Shown one piece after another: positions 38,942-48,047 of a stretch of 64,000 bases of DNA. The notes beneath the pieces were generated by a model. It was given only the letters and a program-made list of their open reading frames with translations. It ran no database searches and was not told where the DNA came from. A program made the position numbers and the translations under genes. Position 1 is the first letter of the stretch, and every line of letters begins with the position of its first letter. This DNA is from Longimicrobiales bacterium (lineage in GTDB: Bacteria > Gemmatimonadota > Gemmatimonadetes > Longimicrobiales > Gaopeijiaceae): NCBI GenBank assembly GCA_965116905.1, contig OZ220732.1:1056001-1120000 (forward strand). The letters are read 5' to 3'.

Positions 38942-40237
38942 GTGGGATCCAACCCCGACAGGCTGTCTGCCAAGGGCGAGATCGAGCACTACACTCCACG
39001 TGTGGCCGACCAGGAACTGAAACAGTGTCTGGCTGCGGCCGGAGCTGTTCTGATCGAGGGCCCGAGAACCTGCGGCAAGACTGCGACCGCTCACCAGGTG
39101 GCCGCGAGCGAAGTCTTTCTGGACGTGGACCGAAGTGCCCAGGACATGATCGCGGTCAATCCCGACCTGGTGCTCGAAGGTCCGGCGCCTCGACTGCTGG
39201 ACGAGTGGCAAACCGCCCCGGTGATCTGGAACCACGTCCGCCGCGCCGTGGATTCACGTCCCGGCAAGGGCCATTTCATCCTGACCGGGTCGGCCGTTCC
39301 ACCCGATGACATCACCCGCCATACCGGGGCCGGCCGCATCGTCCGGATGCGCCTGCGCCCCATGTCGCTCTTCGAACTTGGGTCCAGCACAGGCACGGTG
39401 TCGCTCAGGAGTGTGCTTCAGGGAGTCCCGGTCCAAAACCCGTCAACAGACCTGTCGGTAGACGAACTCGCCAGACTGATTTGCGTCGGTGGCTGGCCCG
39501 GACATCTCCACTCCTCGCCCGAAGCGGCCATGCGCGTGAACCGAGGCTACGTTGACGACATCTGCCGTACCGATCTCCAGCGGGTCGACGGGGTGCGGCG
39601 AGACCCGGGAAGCGTCCACCGCTTCCTCCAGTCGCTGGGTCGAAACATCGCGACCTACGCATCCCTTGCGACCATCGCGCGCGATGTGTCTGGCCCGGAC
39701 CGCAAGTCGATGACAGGCCACACGGCGCGCTCGTACCTCACCGGACTGGAACGCCTCCTGGTTGTGGAGGACCAGCCCCCGTGGGCACCCCACCTGAGGT
39801 CACGCTCCCGGTTGCACGTCTCCCCGAAACGACACTTTGTGGACCCGTCGATCGCAGCCGCGGCACTCGGCGCGGGACCCGAACACCTGCTCCGCGATTT
39901 CCCCTGGTTCGGCTTTCTCTTCGAGTCGTTGGTGGTCCGGGACCTGCGCGTCCATGCTCAGGCCATCGATGCAGGAGTGTACCACTACCGCGACAACACG
40001 GGACTGGAAGTGGATGCCATCGTGGACGCCGGGCCCGGCCGTTGGGCGGCTTTCGAGATCAAGCTCGGTGTGAGCCGGATCGACGATGCGGCGCGCTCAC
40101 TTCTGAAGTTTGCAAATCGGATCGATACCAGCAGGTGCGGTGAACCCGCCACCCTCGGGGTCATCGTCGATCGCGGATTCGGGTATGTGCGTCCAGACGG
40201 TGTGAGCGTGATCCCGCTAGGGGCGCTGGGGCCCTGA
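38942..40237 (+). CDS. AAA+ ATPase (AAA_14) with DUF4143 / PD-(D/E)xK-like C-terminus
   Basis: Walker A GPRTCGKT, Walker B LLDEWQ, ILTGS, FESLV, EVDAIV..FEIK; start uncertain. Confidence 0.88.
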   Translation: MGSNPDRLSAKGEIEHYTPRVADQELKQCLAAAGAVLIEGPRTCGKTATAHQVAASEVFLDVDRSAQDMIAVNPDLVLEGPAPRLLDEWQTAPVIWNHVRRAVDSRPGKGHFILTGSAVPPDDITRHTGAGRIVRMRLRPMSLFELGSSTGTVSLRSVLQGVPVQNPSTDLSVDELARLICVGGWPGHLHSSPEAAMRVNRGYVDDICRTDLQRVDGVRRDPGSVHRFLQSLGRNIATYASLATIARDVSGPDRKSMTGHTARSYLTGLERLLVVEDQPPWAPHLRSRSRLHVSPKRHFVDPSIAAAALGAGPEHLLRDFPWFGFLFESLVVRDLRVHAQAIDAGVYHYRDNTGLEVDAIVDAGPGRWAAFEIKLGVSRIDDAARSLLKFANRIDTSRCGEPATLGVIVDRGFGYVRPDGVSVIPLGALGP

Positions 40238-40295
40238 AGACTGCGTGCCTCCTCGCAGATCCTGACCAGCCGGGCGTACTGGCGTTCCCGACCTC

Positions 40296-41567
40296 CTACA
40301 CCATTCCCACCAGCACCCCGAGCAGCCGGTCGACGTCGCTCCGGTTGTTAAACATCCCGACGGCTGCCCGCAGCAAGTCCCCTTCTTCCTGGAAGGTGAT
40401 CGAGACGCCGGCTTCGGCGAGTGCCGGGCCCAGCCGCTCCGGGTCCAACCCGTGATAGAAGCTGACGATGGCGGACGGATTGTCCGGTGGCGTGAACATC
40501 CGCATTCCCAGCGCCTCGGCGCCCGCGCGCAGCTCGCCGGCCAACGCGTGCGTATGCGACGCGATACGGTCTATTCCCACACCCTCCAGAAACTCCAGGG
40601 CGGCAGCCATTGCCGCCACCGGGCCATAAGCCGGATTCGCGTACTCGAGCTTCTCTGCGCTCGTCTTGAGCCGGAATCGCTGTCCGGGCAGCGTCTCGGC
40701 GACCTGCCTGTGGCCGAATCGGTCGGCGGTCATCCACTCCAGGTGTTCGGCGCGAACGTAGAACGGCGCGCACCCGAAGTCGGCGTGCAGCCACTTGTAC
40801 CCGTTGCCGCAGGCGAAGTCGACCTTTTCCTCGTGGAGGTTGGTGGGGAAGGTGCCCCAGGCCTGGATCGCGTCGGCGTAGAGGTAGGCGCCGTGGGCGT
40901 GGGCGAGGTCGGCCAGGGGAGGCAGGTCGTAGCGGAAGCCGTTGCGGTTCGACACCCAGGCCACGCTGATCAGACGGGTGCGCCGGTCGGTGTGCGCGGC
41001 AAAGTCATCGACGGACACCGCACCGTCGCGCGACGGGATGATCCGCAGTTCGATCCCGTGCCGGCGTTCCAGCTCCCGGTACAGGACGAATGTGGTCACG
41101 AAGTGCAGTTCGTCCACCACCACGTTGTCGCCCGCCCGCCAGTCGAGCGCACTCGCGATGATGTTCTCGGCGCCGCTCGTCGCATACAGGAACGCGATCT
41201 CGTCCTCATCGGTGCCGAAAAGGCGGGCGAAGCGCGTCCGTGCTGTCGCGATTGCTGCTCGGCCGGACGACGCGTCGCGGCGATACATCTTTCCGTCGGC
41301 GTACGCGTGCAGCGCATCGCGAACCGGGATGGACAGCGGCCCCACCGAGGCCGAGTTGAGGTAGGCGAGTTCTTCCGTGACGGGGAAGCTGGTCCGCACG
41401 CCAAGCGGGTCGTCGTTCGAGCGGCCGGCCGCTCGCGCCGACTGCCCGGGCTCCGATGGCGGTTCACCTGCTGTCGACTCGGCCGTCAGGCCGCGGGTGA
41501 CAGGAAGTGCGGCGAGCCCGGCCGCGGCCGTTCTGCCCAGAAAGCGCCGGCGGTTCAATGACTTCAT
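40296..41567 (-). CDS. Class V PLP aminotransferase/cysteine desulfurase-like with Tat signal
   Basis: NRRRFLG leader; YLNSAS, DAIQ, GYKW (PLP Lys); GGGAGG RBS. Confidence 0.85.
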   Translation of the reverse strand: MKSLNRRRFLGRTAAAGLAALPVTRGLTAESTAGEPPSEPGQSARAAGRSNDDPLGVRTSFPVTEELAYLNSASVGPLSIPVRDALHAYADGKMYRRDASSGRAAIATARTRFARLFGTDEDEIAFLYATSGAENIIASALDWRAGDNVVVDELHFVTTFVLYRELERRHGIELRIIPSRDGAVSVDDFAAHTDRRTRLISVAWVSNRNGFRYDLPPLADLAHAHGAYLYADAIQAWGTFPTNLHEEKVDFACGNGYKWLHADFGCAPFYVRAEHLEWMTADRFGHRQVAETLPGQRFRLKTSAEKLEYANPAYGPVAAMAAALEFLEGVGIDRIASHTHALAGELRAGAEALGMRMFTPPDNPSAIVSFYHGLDPERLGPALAEAGVSITFQEEGDLLRAAVGMFNNRSDVDRLLGVLVGMV

Positions 41568-41698
41568 GGATTCCTCCCGGTGTCGGTGCAGGCGCACGAT
41601 TCGGTGCAGGCGCACGATGATGTCGCAGGCTGATCCTAGTGTCGCGGTACGGAGGGGGCCAGACCATCCTCGCTGCCGGGGCCGCTATCTTCGGAGTC

Positions 41699-42595
41699 AT
41701 GAGTTCCTGGCTCCCGTCCCTCGAATCCGAAGCCATCGAGATCATCCGGGAAGGCGTCGCGTCCGCTGCCCGCCCGGTGATGCTTTATTCGATCGGCAAG
41801 GACTCCTCGGTGCTCCTGCACCTGGCGCGCAAGGCCTTTTGGCCCTCGCCGCCCCCCATGCCGATCCTGCACATCGACACAACGTGGAAGTTCCGCGAGA
41901 TGATCGACTTTCGCGACCAGGTTGCTGGCGAGGCCGAGGTGCGACTCATTGTCCACACCAATCGGGAGGGACTCGACGGCGGCGTCACCCCTTTCACCCA
42001 CGCCTCCGACCATTACACCGACGTCATGAAGACGGTGGCGCTGCGCCAGGCCCTCGACGCCGGGCGCTACGACATGGTCTTCGTCGGTGCCCGCCGCGAC
42101 GAAGAGAAGTCACGCGCCAAGGAACGCGTCTTCTCGCTTCGCGGCGCCACCCACCAGTGGGACCCGAAGGCCCAGCGGCCCGAGTTGTGGAACCTCTACA
42201 ACACGCGCCTGCACGCCGGCGAATCGCTCCGCGTTTCCCCGCTGTCCAATTGGAGTGAACCCGACATCTGGCGCTACATCGCCGCCGAGAGGATCCCCAT
42301 TGTCCCGCTCTACTACGCCGCCGAGCGCCCCGTGGTCGAGCGCGACGGCCAGTGGATCATGGTGGACGACGACCGCATGCCGCTGCTTCCCGGCGAGGTA
42401 CCGCAACTGCGCCGCGTACGTTTCCGCACCCTGGGATGCTATCCGCTCACCGCCGCGGTCGAGAGCGACGCCGACACCCTCGACGCGATCATCGCGGAGA
42501 CCCTGGCGGCCAAACGTTCGGAGCGCGAAGGCCGCCTGATCGATCACGACGGTGAAGCCGCGATGGAGCGCAAGAAGCGGGAGGGCTACTTCTGA
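41699..42595 (+). CDS. cysD: Sulfate adenylyltransferase subunit 2
   Basis: [48 protein letters not shown]. Confidence 0.96.
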   Translation: MSSWLPSLESEAIEIIREGVASAARPVMLYSIGKDSSVLLHLARKAFWPSPPPMPILHIDTTWKFREMIDFRDQVAGEAEVRLIVHTNREGLDGGVTPFTHASDHYTDVMKTVALRQALDAGRYDMVFVGARRDEEKSRAKERVFSLRGATHQWDPKAQRPELWNLYNTRLHAGESLRVSPLSNWSEPDIWRYIAAERIPIVPLYYAAERPVVERDGQWIMVDDDRMPLLPGEVPQLRRVRFRTLGCYPLTAAVESDADTLDAIIAETLAAKRSEREGRLIDHDGEAAMERKKREGYF

Positions 42596-42629
42596 GGGAT
42601 CCGGCGGGGGAGCGGTCGCCCCGGTTGCA

Positions 42630-44006
42630 CTACCGGGTATAGATGAGCAGCACTCCGGCGGCCCCGCGGGCTCCGTAGAGGACACCGGCCTCGATCGGCG
42701 TGATGAACTGAAGCCTGCGCACGTCCCGCGGATTCAAGTGTTGGAGGAACACGTGGGGGTTCGCGACGGGCCCGTCGTTGACCAGGACCAGGACCATGTT
42801 GCAGCTGGCGGGATCACCGCTGCGCCAGTTCCGACTCATCTCGATACACAGGATCTCCTCGCCCCCCAACCTGGCTTCCTTGATCGATACCCCCGGCGCG
42901 CGGGCCTCTCGCGCAATCCCGGCGAAGTCCATTACCCGGTGCTGGATCGAATCCACCTGCGCTTCCGTCAGCCCCGTGAAACGGGTTCCCGGCGTCGTGA
43001 ACACCGGCTCCTTCCTCCGACCGACGACCACCAGCGGGTCCAGAGCGATGGCTTCCGTGGCAAGCTCGATCTCGAGTCCGAGAGCCTCTCTGCTGAATAC
43101 GGTCAGGGAATCGACGCGCGGAGCGTAACCCAGCAGACTGGTTTCGATGATCTGTTTGCCTGGCGGGACACCGGTGAAGCCGAACACTCCCTTCGCATCG
43201 GTCAGTTGGGAGTGGCCGGATCCGACCAGTTGAACCTGGGCCCCCTGGATAGGCGCTTTCGAAGCGTAGTCGAACACCGTGCCGGTGATGGTTACCGGGT
43301 CCGAGATGTCGATTGCGAAATCCAGAACATGTGAACCCGGCTCCGCGATCTGCACGGGCGTCCCGTCGTTGTTTCCGAACGCAACCGTGACTGAAAGTGG
43401 TTCCGACGCGTCCAGATTGCAGAGCCGGAACTCGCCCGAAGCCTCCGTTACGACTTCACGGACCACGCGCCGCCTTTGCAAGATGCCCGTACGGCTGCCG
43501 AGAGCCCGGACTGTGGCCTGCGGCAGCGGCACACCCGTCAAGGCGTCGGTCACGAAGCCCCCGACGGAGGTCGGGCCTTCTCCGGGCTCCGCTGAACACC
43601 AGGCTGACAAGATGGTCGAGCGCGAGGGGACGGTGAGGGTCACACGCGAGACGGAGTCATTGTCCACAAGCACCCGGGCCGGTACGGCTCCAAGGCCCAG
43701 CTCTGCCAGGCGCTGGTGATAGTACACCACACTGTATTCGCCCTCCGGTACGCCATCGAGCCTGAACCGTCCCTGCTCGTTCGACTCGGCAACCAGAGCT
43801 GTCCCGAAAACGGCAACTCGGGCGTTCGCCAGCGGAGCGGAGGTCGTGCTGTCGAAGACGGAGCCGAGGATGCTGCCGGTCGGGCGCTCCGTATCCTGGC
43901 CCGCTGCCCAGCTCCCAGGCACGCCAGCACACACGACCGCAAGAAGGATGCTCGTGGCGAGACATCGACGGCTGTCGCTGACCGAAGCCATACTCCACGC
44001 GGACAT
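42630..44006 (-). CDS. Secreted protein with three carboxypeptidase-regulatory-like domains and a C-terminal plug-like domain
   Basis: Repeated GxVxD...PL..A.V...GxF motifs; ends LYG..GAAGVLLIYTR; signal peptide. Confidence 0.75.
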   Translation of the reverse strand: MSAWSMASVSDSRRCLATSILLAVVCAGVPGSWAAGQDTERPTGSILGSVFDSTTSAPLANARVAVFGTALVAESNEQGRFRLDGVPEGEYSVVYYHQRLAELGLGAVPARVLVDNDSVSRVTLTVPSRSTILSAWCSAEPGEGPTSVGGFVTDALTGVPLPQATVRALGSRTGILQRRRVVREVVTEASGEFRLCNLDASEPLSVTVAFGNNDGTPVQIAEPGSHVLDFAIDISDPVTITGTVFDYASKAPIQGAQVQLVGSGHSQLTDAKGVFGFTGVPPGKQIIETSLLGYAPRVDSLTVFSREALGLEIELATEAIALDPLVVVGRRKEPVFTTPGTRFTGLTEAQVDSIQHRVMDFAGIAREARAPGVSIKEARLGGEEILCIEMSRNWRSGDPASCNMVLVLVNDGPVANPHVFLQHLNPRDVRRLQFITPIEAGVLYGARGAAGVLLIYTR

Positions 44007-44203
44007 TGGACGCCTTCTCCCCCCTCAGTGATAGTCCACGATCTCGACATCACACGGCCCGTCGTCCTGTTACGGATTCCGTAAACGATAGGGCCGGCCC
44101 GTAGCCGAGTCGAGCACGTTGCGCCACCCTGATCCCATAACTAAACTCCTAGTTGTTGGCGATTCCCGGGTTCCCACCTTCATTCACTCAAGGAGTGTCC
44201 CTT

Positions 44204-45388
44204 ATGACCGCACCCCGCCTGACGCGCGCCACATTCCTGGCCCTGGCCGCCCTGAGCTGCGGCATCACGGCGGTTTCCCGGTTGGTGGCCCAGACCATCG
44301 TGGAGAGCGATTCCCCTCGAGAAGCGGACCTCGTGCTCGCCGACGAGCCGCTGTTGCGGATCGGCATGCTCGACGGCCCCGACGAGTACCTCTTCGGCAA
44401 CATCTCGGGCGCCATCCGGCTCGGGGACGGGAGCGTCGTCGTCGCGGACGAGCAGGGCCGCAATATCCGGATGTTCGACGCGGGCGGGGGGCACCTGTGG
44501 ACCAGTGGACGCGACGGAGAGGGACCGGGCGAGTATCGGGGACTCTGGCTGCTGCGAGGGTGCCCGGGGGCGGCGGTCACGGTATACGATTGGCGAGTCA
44601 AGCGAATCACCGAACTCGACTCGAACGGCAGCGTGGTTTACACACGGGCGTTGCGCGGAACTGACGGACCCGGCCCCTATGGGGCACCCGCATGCTCGCC
44701 GGACGGCGACCTGGTTGTCACAGATTGGCCGGAGGCGGAGGATGGCCTGGCCGTGGGTGAGTTCCGCTGGGAGATGTCGCTGAGCCGGGAGCGAGACGGC
44801 ACCGTGGCCACTCTGCGCTCAGGGATCCCGGGGACGGAACTCTACCACCATGGTGGCGGTATCTCTGGCCCGGTCACGTGGGGGAAGGACATGGCCTTTG
44901 CGGTCACGGCCACCGGCGTGTGGTACGGGTCGGCGGATGACTACCAACTCGAACACGTCGACGGGACCGGCCGCGTCACGCGCCTCGCGCGGTGGAACGG
45001 ACCGGATCTCGAGGTCACTCGCGAGCACCTGGACCGCTACCTTGACTCGCAGATGGCCCGTTTTGGGACGGCTGAGGAGCGCCGAAGCTTCGAGACGGAA
45101 AGGTGGCCGGAGATTCGCGACGGCCTGCCGGAGCGCTTTCCCGCCTTCGCGTCGAAGGGGCTCCTGCCGCTATCGGATGGCAGCGTGTGGGTAGTGCCGC
45201 ACTCCTCGCGAGACCTTGGAGCCGCCGAACTCCACCTGCTGGGTCCGGATGGCACGTGGCTCCATCGCCTCACGATCCCGGCCGGCCGCACCCTCCTCGA
45301 CGCAGGTCCGGGTTGGGTACTGGTGCTTGAGGAGGGCGAGTTCGACGAACAGAGCGTCGCCGTCTACGAGCTGGCGGAAGGCTCCTGA
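44204..45388 (+). CDS. 6-bladed beta-propeller secreted protein
   Basis: GRDGEGPGEY motif, VVVAD, signal peptide; AAGGAG RBS. Confidence 0.8.
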   Translation: MTAPRLTRATFLALAALSCGITAVSRLVAQTIVESDSPREADLVLADEPLLRIGMLDGPDEYLFGNISGAIRLGDGSVVVADEQGRNIRMFDAGGGHLWTSGRDGEGPGEYRGLWLLRGCPGAAVTVYDWRVKRITELDSNGSVVYTRALRGTDGPGPYGAPACSPDGDLVVTDWPEAEDGLAVGEFRWEMSLSRERDGTVATLRSGIPGTELYHHGGGISGPVTWGKDMAFAVTATGVWYGSADDYQLEHVDGTGRVTRLARWNGPDLEVTREHLDRYLDSQMARFGTAEERRSFETERWPEIRDGLPERFPAFASKGLLPLSDGSVWVVPHSSRDLGAAELHLLGPDGTWLHRLTIPAGRTLLDAGPGWVLVLEEGEFDEQSVAVYELAEGS

Positions 45389-45481
45389 GCAGTGCACGCG
45401 GGTCCTTGGACCCGGAAAGCCAAACGGTTAGGATCAGGCCGTGGTCGTCGAATAGTACCACAACAGGGAGGCCTGGTTCTG

Positions 45482-47305
45482 ATGGCCCCACCGCTGCGTT
45501 TCGTCATCTGCGGCAGCGTGGACGACGGAAAGAGCACGCTCATCGGGCGGATCCTCCATGACTGCGGCGAGGTGTTTACGGACCAGATGGAAGGGGTCGC
45601 AGAGGACTCGCGCCGATACGGCACTCAGGGCGACACAACCGACCTGGCCTTGCTCGTAGACGGCCTGCAGGACGAGCGCGAACAGAGCATCACCATCGAT
45701 GTCGCTTACCGTGCCTTCGAGACCTCCCGGCGCCGCTTCATCGTCGCGGACGCGCCCGGCCACGAGCAGTACACGCGCAACATGGCGACCGGCGCATCCA
45801 CTTCGCGGCTCGCAGTCGTTCTCGTGGATGCCCGCAAAGGGATCCTGCCCCAGACCGCTCGCCACACCCGGATTGCGGCAATGTTCGGGGTGCGGCACAT
45901 CGTCCTGGCGGTCAACAAGATGGACCTGGTCGCGTGGGACCGCGACGCATTCAAGCGCATTGTTTCGGCGTATCGTGTGCTTGCCGAAGAGATCGGCGTC
46001 CCCGAGGCGCCCGCCATTCCCGTTTGCGCGCTTACCGGCGACAACCTGACTCGTCCGTCCGGCTGCAGTCCGTGGTACACCGGCCCGACCCTGCTCGAGC
46101 ACCTGGAGACGGTGGAAGTCGAGCAGCCGGCCGCCACGCATCCCTTCCGCATGCCGGTGCAATACGTGAATCGGCCAGATGCAGGTTTTCGCGGGTACTG
46201 TGGCCGGGTGGTGTCCGGGTCGGTGAAGCCCGGCGACCAGGTTCGCATCTCGCCGGCCGGTACTCCTGCCACGGTGGAATCCATCGTGGCATGGCAGGGC
46301 AGCCGCGAGCGCGCCACAAGGGGCGATTCAACCACGCTCACCCTTCAGCCCGACGTCGACGTCACCCGCGGCGACGTGATCGTGGCGGCGGATCGGCCCC
46401 TCGAGGTGGCGGATCAGTTCCAGGCGAAGATCCTGTGGATGGGTGACGCACCGCTGACCGTGGGCCGTCGCTACCGGCTGAAGCTGCACACCCGTGAAGT
46501 GGGGGCCACCGTCACCCGAATCCGCCACCGGGTCGAGGTGTCCGACGGCAGCCAGCTCGCCGCGCCCCACCTCGACCTCAACGACCTGGGCGTCGTCAAT
46601 CTCGCGACCAGCCGCCCCGTCCCCTTCGCGCCGTTCGACGAGAGCCCCGAACTCGGCGGCTTCATCCTGACCGACCTTGCGACCAATGCAACCGTCGGCG
46701 CCGGAACACTGACCTTCGCGCTCATGCGCGCCGCCAACCTCAAGTGGCAGCACTTCGACGTCGACGGCGAAGTGCGCGCCGAACTCAAGCGACAGCGTCC
46801 CCGGTGCCTCTGGCTGACCGGCCTGTCCGCCTCGGGCAAGTCCACGATCGGCAACCTCCTGGAACGGCACCTCGTGACCGAGGGCCGCCACACCTACCTG
46901 CTGGACGGGGACAACGTGCGCCACGGTCTGAACCGGGACCTGGGGTTCACCGAAACGGACCGCGTCGAGAACATCCGTCGCGTGGCCGAGGTAGCCCGCC
47001 TGATGGTCGACGCCGGCCTGATCGTGATCGTGTCCTTTATCAGCCCGTTCCGGTCCGAGCGCGACTTCGCCCGCAGCCTCTTCGAGCCGGGCGATTTCAT
47101 GGAGATCTTCGTGGACGCGTCGGTCGAGGCGTGCGCCAGACGCGACCCGAAGGGACTCTACGCCAGGGCCAGGAGGGGCGAGATCAGGAACTTCACGGGT
47201 ATCGACAGCCCCTACGAGCGTCCCAAACGGCCGGACGTGCACCTCGACACGGAAAAGCTTTCGCCGGAAGAGTGCGTCGAGATCGTCATGCGGCGCCTGG
47301 CTTGA
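45482..47305 (+). CDS. cysNC: Bifunctional sulfate adenylyltransferase subunit 1 / APS kinase
   Basis: GSVDDGKSTLIG, DAPGHEQYTRNM, VNKMD; APS kinase WLTGLSASGKST, LDGDNVRHGL, FTGIDSPYE. Confidence 0.96.
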   Translation: MAPPLRFVICGSVDDGKSTLIGRILHDCGEVFTDQMEGVAEDSRRYGTQGDTTDLALLVDGLQDEREQSITIDVAYRAFETSRRRFIVADAPGHEQYTRNMATGASTSRLAVVLVDARKGILPQTARHTRIAAMFGVRHIVLAVNKMDLVAWDRDAFKRIVSAYRVLAEEIGVPEAPAIPVCALTGDNLTRPSGCSPWYTGPTLLEHLETVEVEQPAATHPFRMPVQYVNRPDAGFRGYCGRVVSGSVKPGDQVRISPAGTPATVESIVAWQGSRERATRGDSTTLTLQPDVDVTRGDVIVAADRPLEVADQFQAKILWMGDAPLTVGRRYRLKLHTREVGATVTRIRHRVEVSDGSQLAAPHLDLNDLGVVNLATSRPVPFAPFDESPELGGFILTDLATNATVGAGTLTFALMRAANLKWQHFDVDGEVRAELKRQRPRCLWLTGLSASGKSTIGNLLERHLVTEGRHTYLLDGDNVRHGLNRDLGFTETDRVENIRRVAEVARLMVDAGLIVIVSFISPFRSERDFARSLFEPGDFMEIFVDASVEACARRDPKGLYARARRGEIRNFTGIDSPYERPKRPDVHLDTEKLSPEECVEIVMRRLA

Positions 47306-47381
47306 GCGACCGGCCACGGGTTACAATGGCGACCCCGACAATGCGGGACGAATTCCAGCCCCTGGCCACGAGGCGGGCGCG

Positions 47382-48047
47382 ATGCCGGAGACACGCAGGT
47401 CGTTCCTGAAGCAGTCGGCGGCGACTGTGGCCGCCGCGTCGGTAGCGGGCTGCGCGCCCGACGGAGACAGCACTCGCGGCGCGGACATTGCGGGCGCCTC
47501 ACGGGCGGCCGGATCCGGCTCCGTACCCGTCCCCCTTCCCGCCCACACCCTCCGCGCCGTTGCCGAAGCTGTCCTCCCCGCCGAGCTCGGCGATGAGGGC
47601 CGCGAACGCACCGTAGCCGCGTTCGAGAGGTGGTCCGACGGGCTGGAGCCGGTCGTGGAGTTGAGCCACCCGTACCTCGTACCCGAAACGCGCTACTCTG
47701 GCCCGGACCCCAGGCCGGGATGGGCCGCGCAGCTCCAGGGCCTCGAAAAGGAGTGCCACGCCCGCCACGGCATCCCGCTGGCCGACCTCGACATTGCCAG
47801 TCGCAGGAAACTGCTGACGCGCGGCGTCGGGCAGGCCGGACCGGGCCTCGGATCGCCCGCGAATGCGGATCACATAGCCATCGCACTCGTCGCGCACTTC
47901 TTCGCCTCGCCGGTCGCGACCGACATGTGCTACCGCCGTACCATCGCCAAGCAGCAGTGCCGGGGGCTGGAAGGGGCGCCGGCGGAACCGCTTCGGGCGA
48001 CCGGCGGGGCGCCGGCCGAACCCGCCACGCTCGGAGCCGCCCCGTGA
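47382..48047 (+). CDS. Tat-signal small partner subunit of GMC oxidoreductase (gluconate 2-dehydrogenase subunit 3-like)
   Basis: TRRSFLK leader, VAGC lipobox; translationally coupled to the GMC gene. Confidence 0.65.
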   Translation: MPETRRSFLKQSAATVAAASVAGCAPDGDSTRGADIAGASRAAGSGSVPVPLPAHTLRAVAEAVLPAELGDEGRERTVAAFERWSDGLEPVVELSHPYLVPETRYSGPDPRPGWAAQLQGLEKECHARHGIPLADLDIASRRKLLTRGVGQAGPGLGSPANADHIAIALVAHFFASPVATDMCYRRTIAKQQCRGLEGAPAEPLRATGGAPAEPATLGAAP

